Part shown: piece by piece, positions 29,501 through 41,500 of the stretch | Position numbering within the stretch: the first letter of the stretch is position 1 | Layout of the letters: each line of letters begins with the position of its first letter | Program-made: the position numbers and the translations under genes | Notes under the pieces: generated by a model | What the model was told of the DNA's origin: nothing | Database searches by the model: none | What the model saw: the letters and a program-made list of their open reading frames with translations, nothing else | Assembly (NCBI GenBank): GCA_002633005.1 | Contig: NMRA01000408.1 | Span: 248,001 to 312,000 of the forward strand | Reading direction: 5' to 3' | Length of the DNA stretch: 64,000 nucleotides | From: Phoronis australis | Lineage: Eukaryota; Animalia; Phoronida

Positions 29501-32500
29501 GTAAAAACCAACCATGAAATCAGACTCCATTCTAAGATCAGAATGTCAGCACCTAAAGAGGCTGCGTATGTAGAGTCAAAGGTGAAACGGAAATTGTTTA
29601 CTTTGTCTATCACTTTTCTAGAGGGCATTCATATGAGTTTTGTAAGTCACAAGTGTAGATAACAGAATTCATCGAGACCCAAGCACTGCTATGGTGGCAA
29701 AAAACTTACTAATAGTGAAATTTTGCAGAATTTCTAGTTGGCAGAAAGTCGGACAATTACACACAGTCTACTATCAAAACATTACTGCTGAAAATTGGGC
29801 ATGAGATCCCAGTCTGACTGACCTGCTACAAACCAGGAAAAAGATGTCAAGAATTACTTCCAGATAAACCAGGTGATAACACATTCAAGAAGATGTATTC
29901 TGATATCATTAGCTGCCAGTTGGAGACGTACCATAAAAAGTACTATCCAGTCCTAGAAGGCAAGATGAAGAATGAAATGAGGTTGTCACATTCCTCAAAT
30001 CCTTAGATTCCCCAGACAAGAATAAACGCAATAGAAAAAATACAATGCAATACCAAAATTAAAACCCTGGCTGCCAATCTAGTAGAAACAGTGGAGTAAT
30101 TGTTTTTATAGATTTAGCGGGGGCGTTGCATATCATTTGATTTTATGCCCATGGCAATTTCAAAGGGGTGTTACACTGTGCATAACCTAACAAGGGGCAT
30201 TTAAAAGTGATTTGAAGCCTGGGTGTTGAAGATGTAGGCGTTAAGTCCAAACAGGTGTAGGAAAATTTTTAAACAACAAAACAAACATTGCGATGTTAAC
30301 CATTCCAAGTGAAGCTACTCATATGTTCAATTACTGACATTTCCAACCTCAGTTCCTCATTAATATTTTAACAGTATTTCAATCTATAATTAAAAAATAT
30401 GGGCATGAAGATAAACGGGTATGAAAGTTGGGTCTGACGTCGGGTGCTCACATAACTGGGTTACTGTGGTTCACATTACTCAGCAAACTCCGAGACAAGG
30501 TTTCACACACAAAGTTGAAGTATCTTTCACTGAGGTACCACTGAAGACACAGTTGAACGAAGCAGAATACCAGTTACAACGCAATGGTACTTTTCCTGGC
30601 GAGCATTTTAGTGGTATTTTTGTAATTACTACTCATATGTATCGATACCTGTGAAGTGTGCAGTCGTAATCCCCGTGCTCGGTAAAGTTACAGTACACAG
30701 CCACGAGAAGCAGCTCATTTGCACATATCGCATTTCTACTAATTTCACGGCCGACCGTATTATTGATTTTGCGAAATGTAATTTGCACTTTTTCAACATA
30801 AATCTACCAAGCTTAACCCTATTTCTGAGGCTAGCTAGCAAAAGAACCAATAAAGTGGCATTACAGGTGAGAAAAGTGCATTTCTGAGATTAGCATGGAT
30901 TCAAACCTGGAACCCAACGCTAAATCCCACTCCATAAGGGTGACAGAGTATTTCAAGACTTTTTAACTGCCTAAGTCATGCCTCGATTTCAGCGAATACC
31001 TGGCAAACAAACTTTGGAAAGACTTTCAACCATATGACAGTAATCCCAAAAGTGCATTTTCGACCATAAAAACGATAATGTCCCTTCAAGATACAAATGC
31101 GAATGCTCAGAATATGATTATGAAAGTGAACATCAGACAGTCTACTGAAGAAAGTCAAATGAAATTCTCCTAGAAAGAAAAGGTATGCCCAATATTGCAA
31201 GAATTTTATCATTCATTAGAAGAACATGAGAAAAATCACCTGAAGATTGTGTGCTCAGATTTATAATTCAATGTTACAGTAATGTGGGTAATCCGCGACC
31301 ACCCATTCTTATTGATGCAACTGGTTACAAAGTTTACTTCTTGGACAGAATGAATTTTAGAATAAACATAAAGCCTTGTGTCTTAAAAGTAACAAAAGAT
31401 GCAATGTCTAGTTTTGATTTAAGTCATTTAACCCTTTTTAAATAATGCACACAGATATTTGTATTGAGTGCAAATGGGAGCATATTAACTTTAACTGACC
31501 TCTATTGGCAAAGGTTGAAGATAAACGTTGATCTGCCAGTCAACATCAATCAATACTCAACGGATACAAATATTAATACAAAATGACTGAAGCAAGACTG
31601 GGCTGACACATATTGGCAAAAACTGGAAACATCTAACTTCTCAAAGATACATTTTAAAGATATTTAAAGTATGTAAAAATTTAAACTAAGAGAAAGTCGT
31701 GAAACCTGTTCAAGTGGAAATTTCAGTAGAAATGTTGTTCAAATCTATGTTTGTCACAAGGAGTCATTGAGTGGAATTAAAAGAAGCTAAAAGAGAAGTG
31801 CCTTTTGTATCAGAAAATAACATTTAAAGAACTTGTACTCACATGACAAATTCAAAATTTAATATGAAATAACATGACCCAAATTAAGGATATCGTGATG
31901 CTTTGCACATGAACTGTAGTCACAATCCCAACAGTCATGGTGTTGGGAGTACATTCTAGAAATATCACTGAAAAGGAAATTTTTCTACTTGAAAATCTGA
32001 AATGGAATTGTGAAGGTTGACAAAAGCCTACACATTGCGATGAAATGACTTTTATTTTTAACCATGCAAACCAAATACTGTAGTTAAAACTACTTTGGGT
32101 AAGGAAACCCATTTTAAATTAGAGGATACCAAGAATTGCCAGGTTTTGGTACTAAGTGGACTCACTGATTGCTTCTGAGCTTAGATTTGCCTGAGCCAAC
32201 ATGACATATTTTGGCTTAGAGCTTGCGATTTTGACGTCCCTCACTCCTAATGCTGTATTGGGGTTTGCTGCCCCAAAGAGACCTGATGAAACATCCACTG
32301 CTCAGTATGTTAATCCATATTCAATAAAAAAGAAACCAGCATCCGTGCTCATCCGCAGCAGATACGTTCAACTGGTACCAATTACAGGAAGCGAAATAGG
32401 AGAGGAATAGGTGTGTTAAGAGTACTGGCAATATTGAAAGCGGGCATATACAGGTCTTTCCAGGTCATTCCTTTGTTTATTTCATTCAAATTTCAATATC

Positions 32501-35500
32501 ATAATTCTGCCAGAAAACACTTGAGCCAAGCTAGGAAATGGGAAATAAAAATTGTGCCTGATCAGAACAAGATCATAGCAACTGGTGTAAATCTCAAAGT
32601 CAAACAGTTTTCCATGCCAGGCATAACTAAACTTAAGAATTGTATACAATCTTTCATCACAGTTTAGCCCAACCAATAGAGGCCCCTAATTTATTTAAAA
32701 GTGCCACTTAGACTGTAGGGCAGGCAGCACACTCTCGCGCTGTAAACTAGAGAATTTAAAAACTGCAATTAGCTTGCCACGCCCTCTCATGTCAGCCACG
32801 CCCCTCTCATGTCAGTCAACACTTTGGACATATCTCATTGTCTAGAATATATGCTTGAACTTCTACCTAGTAGTCTCCTGCAATAAGCTTTAGAAATATG
32901 GTCTTGCACAATAAGAATTAAGCTGGGAATATCACCCAGATCACACCCCTGTAACAAAATGTTACAGAAATGATCAGTTTTCCTGCTTAAACATGTATCT
33001 GTCACGCCATCTAGTGTTCAGGCAAGAACTAGTCAGGACAGGCAGCTACACTACAGTGCCTTCTACACACAGACTTATCCTAAAACACGTTACCCTTAGA
33101 ACCAATTGTAGCTAGGTTAAGATGCTATGTAAACTAGTGCAACTTGCCCCACTTGAGACAACTTACTCCACCTTTTTGAGGTAGGTTAACTTTGTTCTAG
33201 GGTAATTTACGCCACTTCTAACTGCTGTGTGGTCACAAATCTGGTGCACAGAGGAAGTAATTACCGGCCACGCATATGCGCATTACTCACATCACCTATT
33301 CATTGTCATACGGAGAGCCACTTCCGCCGGTAATCAGTTCCCTCGATATCATCCGGAAATGCTCTTTCCCTAAAATATTGAAAAAGCCACACCTCCGTGA
33401 ACCGGGGGAGGGGGGCAGATTGAAAGGGGTACAAGCCATTCCAGCAACGTCCTGCACACTTGCGCTGAATTTCATCAAAATTCGACAAGGGTTTTTAAGG
33501 TATCGAGAAGACAACTGGACGCCCTGACAAAGGGACGATAATATGCGACCACGTGTGGACGCATAAAAAGGAAACAATAATTGTTGCAAAGCAATGAGAA
33601 AAAAATCTGCCAAAGGATCTTGGGAACAAACAGCAAGCCCAGACAGGAACGAAACCCATGCTCTCACAACAGTTGTGTGTGCAAAATGTTCACCACAAGA
33701 GCACTTGGCAAGTGAAGCCAAACTGCAACAGTATACCAAATGCCCAGTATTGTTTATAAATAATATGACAAATCATGCAAACGTAAAGAGCATGGATAAA
33801 TTTCCAGAAATAAGGCAATCCTTACTTCTAGCCACCACATCACTGACGTCATGGCAATCCTTACTTCTAGCCACCACATCACTGACGTCATGGCAATCCA
33901 CTGTAAATATTTTGGCAGTTATCCATAGTGCAGGTGACAGCCATATAACAAACGTATGTGATAAATCTCATTTGAGACCAACCTTCAAAAACAGCTCTAT
34001 AACAAGCTTTGTGAAGGTCATTATACGAATGTATGACAGAGCATAATGGATAGTTAGCTCTCGACAATGGAATTGAGGTTACCATTACGCACTGGCAACA
34101 GCACAGAATTAGCACAACAAAGGCTATTTTTAACTGATGTCAACTAAAATAACTAGTGTACCATTCTGTAATAGCCCTGTCACTGTCAGAAAATCGATGT
34201 TCTACGTAAAGGTAAAATGAGATGTACTACTATAGTATACAAGAAGAAATTCATACGCATGTAGGTAATATACCAAATATTCTTCCCAAGGAAAAGTACA
34301 ATAAACTGAATATCACCTGCGTTAATATCTTACAACATTCTGTGACACAAAGATTAACTTATTTCATGACTGGCAAAAAACATAAGTCAAAAGTTTAGTG
34401 CAGCGATGAGTGCGAATTTGCATGAAAAATATCATTTCATCATTTTACTAAAAGTGCAGATAGCCTGATGTCATTTGCGGTGGACACGCCTCATGGTGGG
34501 GCCATTGCACTAAACACCCAAGATGAAAACACGAGAAACCTGTTATCGATAATGTTGTGAACTGTTAAGTGGCTGTCACTAGTGCCACCTATTGTCAATG
34601 TTATGAGTTAGTGGGTCATCTTTCTCCCCTGGACTGTGACCCAACTTCATGAGTTACCCATGCATATGTGCGGTTCCGTTCCTGTCTCATGTTATGGTGA
34701 ATAAACAATGCTTCACAGTTTCCACATTCAGTTCACTTTAATTGAACATTATCTGACTACAACAGATAACCAGGTTCTTCGTGAAGGAAATTTTCAAGTC
34801 TGCCCGTCTCCTTTGAGTAAACTGACATACTTTCCATTTTACTGGTTCTGTTACAAAACGCTAACAACACATCCTTTCCATTTGCTGTTTAAAAACGAAA
34901 TTGAGACATGCTAATTAAGCTTATCAATCTTGTTACGAAAGCACCGGTTTCAAAATTCAGTTGGAATCGAATGACAACCTCTCGTTGAATTGATGAGGTC
35001 AAAATCTGGAAGGTTAGCCAGATTTTCTTACATGTTTTCGATTCATAAATGCTCTCTTGACGTTCTTAGTGGCAATGGACACGAGGCCCTTGTATTATGG
35101 TAAGGAAAGTTTCTAGAACAAATTTGTACAGATGAAACGTAATGAGAGAAGGCAAGACTTTCAGAGAGCAATGATGACTCATCACGTGGGACCAGTGACT
35201 CTCACGGACACCACAGTTGAGTTCCGTAGACCACTAGACATTAGGCATGTTCTTAGGATAAAAATTCTTTGCTTATTCAATCACACAATTTAACACTGCA
35301 ACTTCGCCAACCAATCACTCACTGGCTGCCATTTCGCCAATCAATCACTGGCTGCCATTTCGCCAACCAATCACTGGCTGCCATTTCGCCAACCAATCAC
35401 TGGCTGCCATTTCGCCAACCAATCACTGGCTGCCATTTCGCCAACCAATCACTGGCTGCCATTTCGCCAACCAATCACTGGCTGCCATTTCGCCAACTGA

Positions 35501-38500
35501 TAGGATGGCAAGCACCAGAGAATACTTGTGAAATACTTTTCACTCGCATGATTTTGTGAAGTCTTGCAAGATATCGCTTTTCTCGCAACAAACTAGGTCT
35601 AAGGAACGATCCCCTGACTGTACCAGAAGAGAGCACAAGCCAACATTTTGAATGCGGTAACTTTTTGACTTGATGAAGCTCCCTTTTACAGTGTATGTGA
35701 TTACATATGACGCATTTTAAACAAAAATTGCCCCATCTTCTAGAGGTCACAGGTATTCAGTCCCATGTGATCAGACACCACAGCACTACTTGAAAATCTC
35801 CCATTGTCTGCTGGCATCAACAGAGGGAGCTACTGTACTTACATCATAGTACTGCCTGTTGCCTGCTGATTTAATGGCCGATGTCCACTCTTCCATTTCT
35901 TTCCGACTGTCTGCACACAAGACCAGATTGCGGAATGGTGTAATCACCTGAAAATGAGAAAGAAAGACCATGGAAAATGTCACATATACACCTTATTCAC
36001 GCTGTCGCCATTTTAGTAGAGAGCCTCTTTATAGGTTTTAAAAAACAATGCGACATAAACACCACGAGGCGCGCGAAAAAATCACTTTTTGTGCTGTGAT
36101 TAAGTGCGGACTGCATTGTTTTCAAAACCTAAAGAGAGGCTCACTTTTAAAATGGCGACTGCGTGATTAAGGTGTATTTTCACACTTTTCTATCACCATA
36201 CCAGACCCTGTTATTTCACCAGGAGCCTCCATTATCAATCATGATAATCATACAATAGGTGGCACTGCACAACAGTTCCACTAAGTAACGTTGTTGCCAA
36301 TTTGTACCCCGTCCTCATAGATATTAAATTCTTGGGGTATTCCTTTTGGCAGCAGTTTCAAGGTTTACATTACAAGCGGGTTCAATAAATCTGGCTCGTG
36401 AACATGGTGGAAATGTAAAGAGTCTACTATTTCGGCTGTAGATTGACTTTTTTCAAAACTGCGTCTCACTGTAGCATTGTTGCATTGCAGTGCAGCAACT
36501 CGGGAATCTGCTGTAAAACAATATAACATTGCATGCTTTTTGAGCCAACGTTTGGAATCAGGAGGATATTTGCTTACAAAATGTATCGCCGCTTAAAGTC
36601 AAGTACTGGCAAGGAGAGTGGTGGTTTTTGGGATGAAAATTCATTTGTCAGTTGCGTTTTTGGTCGCCTCTTCACGGGTCTGTCTCCTTTTCGGTGGCAG
36701 TGAAAAGGCCAAAAATATGAGACGGGGCAAAGTTTCTGAGGTCATGTGTAGTGCTTTTGAGGTAAAATGATTCACAGCTGATCCTATAATTGTTGCCAAG
36801 CAATATAAAAGGAAGGCATTCAGTCCAGTGATGTGAGAACTGCCAGGCAAAACTCAAAGTGCCCCTGTAAGCACCAACTAAAACTCCATTTAGTGTTCAG
36901 AAAGAGAACCATCCTCACCAGTCAGAAACCAGAGCTTTGCTTACAGTTTTTGCTAGCAGTGGGTTTCAAAAAAAATTTGGAATGTGCTACCTTCACAGAT
37001 CTTTCAAAACATACTTGAATTAGAACACAATCATCCTCTGTTCTTTTCACGTGTCCTTTGAATGAATTTGCAATCTCAAATTAAAGAAATTTGCCACTTT
37101 CAAAAAAAAAACAACTCCTTCATCTGTTTCCGCTTCTGCCAGAAGAAACCCTCAAAGACTACTCTCGATAACAAATGGCAAAACTAGGTCAGAAGGTTAA
37201 CTTTTGATGTCTTTTCACAAATCATGACATTAACTTTATGGCAGAGGTATTGTCAATGAGATGAAATGGCGTGGGGAATAAGACGTTTATACGCAACATG
37301 TTCATATTTCCACATATTCTGCTGACTTCAGCCAACTTTTTCTGTGTTCGTTAGCACCCAGTAAAGTATTTTGGTTGATTTAGGCCTTGCAACTGCCGCA
37401 GATAACATTTTGATTCACAAAATGTGGACAAACTTGTGTTCCTAGGGGTAACAACCTTCTAGAGTGCGTCTGTAAACACTTATGTACAGACAGGTTACGT
37501 GTCTGCCTCATTCCTAGTGGCTGACAGCCATATTGCTCGTTCAGTTTTCATCAACAATAGGCTAATTTTTTTTTTCAGAATTCAGTTCTGATCTAAATCC
37601 AGTACAAATAGAGGCTTAATTTAGAGCCATAAGGTATCTAGTTGTTAATCAAATGTGTGTGTTTATAATGAGAGCATTGAGGCTTTAATTCAATTCAACG
37701 GTGATAGTATTTTGCCTAGAGCACATCTGTAAATAATCACACTGAAAATGCATTGCAGCCAGACAATTTTACACAAAATATAGCAATTGCCAGTTATATA
37801 TTTGACCTCGGGAACCACACACACACGTAAAGCTAAACTGACGAGGATCAGACTTACCTGAAAACTGTGATTNGACATTTTTTGTGCTGCATTCAGCTAC
37901 ACTGACATCTGTGAGAGAAATCTCATCAAAGATCACAGACTGTAAAATAAAAAGAAGAAATTTTAATACATTTCCAGATTTTTGGCAGAGTATTCAATGA
38001 TGGGTCCACTTTTCAAAATTGAACAATTTCATATAATTTCCACGTTAGCAAAAAACTGTTGACCACAAAGATTAAATTGCTGCACCTCACTACATTTTAT
38101 AACAATTTAGTTGTGACAACCAACACTAGGTGGTGCTTCAGTAGTATCAGAAAAATGGACAAAATTATTCACAAATGGAATCACTGAGTTGCAACTATCT
38201 GATTAGGCAATCAATATGAGGCGATCAACAGTTGACCATTAAAAAACAAGCCTGTATTTTTCATTTAAAGAGCACTTCCTTCCTGTTAAATTGGATGTCA
38301 TGAAATAAACTGATTAACTACTACAAACTGGTCTCAAAGAATTCTTTGACATGGCAGCAGTTAGTTTTCCACCAAACAGAATTGAAAGATTACCTGCGAT
38401 TGCCATAAAGTTACTAAATCTGAAATGGGTTGCATAACCTTGTAAAAATTTACTGCTTGTTTGGAGAGGCCAACAATCTCTTGAGGTGGATGTCAATTTT

Positions 38501-41500
38501 CTACAGTTCACGCCAAAGGTATTCAGATAATTAAACTGACACGGAATTCCCTGTCATGACGGCTGGGCTGGGTTGAATTCATCACTGATCAGGGTGGCAT
38601 TCTTTCATGACCCGAGAATGAAAGCAATTTAATAGGAAAGTAAAAAGCGTGGCCAAGCCTCTTTGTAACTACAATTTTGATGTTATTATAGTGGTTATGA
38701 GTCATTTTTGTTGTTGAAATAATTAGCCTTCACGATGGGGGAAATGGTATTCTGTTGGATTATTTTTGTCCTGTACTGTATGTTGTAGTGAAGATTTTAC
38801 ATAATATGATCAAATGTCCCATACACTTGTGTGCTTGGTTTCAATTGGTGGTCCTGAACTTTTCACGTATTGAAGATGAAAATAAAGTACTGACAATTGG
38901 GACTTGATATTCTGTTGGCGAGTGTTGGACACATGAATGGAGATAGCGACACAAAGAAGGGGAAGAGAATATTGCAAAAACAGGAAACGATGACCAACCC
39001 CATCATTAGATGGAAAGGAAGTAATAGGAAAATTTTTCACATTTAGACGATTAGCAGAAATGGTGTGGCTACGATGTATGGAGAAATTTCCAGTGTCCGC
39101 CAGCAATTATCACGTTATTTATGCTTCAGTGACAATTATTCGTTAGCCAGCTCAGACAACAATAGCTAGCCACGCGTAGGAGTAGCATTGGGAACCCAGA
39201 GGCTATGTATGGAAATAAACTCTGATGTAAGAAATGAAAAAACAGACCGTGCAATTGATCGGCACATCTATGTTCTGAATGCTTAATAGCCAACAAGCCA
39301 GATATGAACGCTAACGAACAACCGGAAGATGTAGGCGTCAGTTCTCTAAAAGCAGTTAACTTGTTGCCCCGACTGCATTCTCCTGTACTCTTTCCCACCC
39401 TCATGCAACTAACGTTAGCAGTGTAATGTGTAAAACCCCTCTCACTTATGCATTACATGTGCATTCAGAGTGGCCCTAGAAAGAATAGGATTTCGTCAAA
39501 ATACAGGAAATGAACTCATCATTTCCGAAATGTTCTTAGTGTAGGCTCACCCCAATGGCAGAAGGACACCCCTCCTATGTCTACCCCCAAACTACCTCTG
39601 GCCGCTTGTTCGTGTTGTAGTGGGCGATAGAGTACATTTCCACCCGCTTTTAATTCTGGGATGTAGAGAACCCTCTGGAAGGTACAATTGATGAAAATGT
39701 GCTTGTGTATTGTATTGGACTAATTGTAGTGAAAGCCTTGCCCACTAACAAAAAATAGAAAATCTATAACGTTCTAATGCAAAAGAAGCCGAAAATAGAC
39801 ACTGCTTTCAGTGGCAGTGTCTATATTGTGCTTCTTTTCCTAATAAAATGAAAGTCGCACAGGTTTGTGTGATCAAATATTAACTACAATGGCGAAAAGT
39901 GTGCACCAACACACTTTTATATCCACTTAACATGTATGCAGCAATAGATGGAAAGGAAATTTTAGAATGCAGGCCCAGCACACAGGTCACTTTTTCCCTT
40001 CATCTTGTACTCGGAAATATTCCAAAGCGTATTATGCTGCTAAATCATGTCCATTAGGATTAACCAACTACTAACCATGACGTAGTCTAAACAGCTGTTG
40101 GCTTGACCGAGCATTTTGAAAAAAATTAACAAGACAACTGAATTTTGCATTTACTGAGATGAAAGTCGTATTTAACTATCTCTTTTAAATGTTGTCCATT
40201 CCTCTGTATCCAAGTAAGTGGTCAAGTAGTAAAATACAAAGGAGCTCCTGTTTCTTTCAAGGCATTCATTTGGTTCCTTGGACTTACACTGTGGACAACA
40301 TCTAAGGAGAGTCTTAATGCATTTTGCTGATCGCTAGTAAGTTTCCCGATTTCACACGCGAGTAGATAGCACGTAGATACATGCGGCTCACCAAAACACA
40401 CATGTCTTTGTAATTAGAGCAGGGCTCTCTTGTCACTGATATTTGATGATACAGAAGAACATACTAAAACACAATGAAACAAAACTAGATATAGTGAAAC
40501 ACACTGAAACATACTGAAACAAACTGAAACACACTGAAACATACTGAAACAAACTGAAACACACTGAAACATACTGAAACAAACTGAAACACACTGAAAC
40601 ATACTGAAACACACTGAAGAATACTTAAACACAGTAAAACACACTGAAACATAACTGAAACACACTGAAACATACTGAAATATACTGAAACACACTGAAA
40701 CATACTGAAACACACTGAAACATAATGAAACACACTGAAACATACTGAAATACACTATTTGTCTACACCCACCTTTGTATCCTTTGCATAGTACAACTTG
40801 GAACCCTTGAGTTTAAAGTACCTCTTTCTCCATCGCTGTAAAACAAACAAGTTACTACTAAAGAAAGGACATAGAGCCTGGTAGGGTTTCCATTGGTTGC
40901 GACATCAAATTACCCAGAGTGTCTGAATGCCGGCAGATGGGACTTATTGATATCTATAAAATGGTTTCATCATTTCCTGTCTTCCTCTTTATCAATTGCA
41001 AAAATTGCAAGACACATGGGTCACACATATATATTTAAAAAAGCAATTTGACATTAATGTCTTGAAAGTCCCATGCAGTGCCAATACCTTTGAAAATCAT
41101 CGTTTTGATTCGTGTCTTGAGGTGGAACCCTGTGTTTTGATTTATTGATATGGCGACTTATTGTTCCTAATAACACGTGGTGGTCAGTAATTGTTTCATT
41201 GGGAAGATTCTCCATTGCTTAATGATTTCTTACGATTTGAAGTTTACGATTTCAGTTTTGCCTAATTAGCGCTACGTGCGTCCTTTAAATGATAAACATG
41301 AATCAACACCCCCATTAGGATGTCAACCGCAACACGAATGGTTAGCTCATCTCGCACCATCCGCACTGCTTTCAGATGAGTTATTTTCATCGTAGGGGCA
41401 CTGAGATGCTCATTTATGTAGCAACATGTATATCATTTTAGATTGAAAAACAATAATATTGTTGGTCATATTTCAAATGAAATGCATTGTTGGGCACACA

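Noticed and set aside
33296-34046. ORFs of 147-150 aa on both strands
   Set aside because: They span a transposon end and a 39-bp tandem repeat, with no coherent protein signal.
35303-35497. 26-bp repeats as a possible CRISPR array
   Set aside because: Units are head-to-tail with no unique spacers, there are no cas genes, and the context is a eukaryotic intron.
37858-37939. DGK as a frameshifted pseudogene
   Set aside because: The only disruption is an N. All other exons are intact with canonical splice sites.
40414-40755. Cys/Phe/Val-rich ORFs ([10 protein letters not shown] repeats)
   Set aside because: They are translations of the 10-bp minisatellite.
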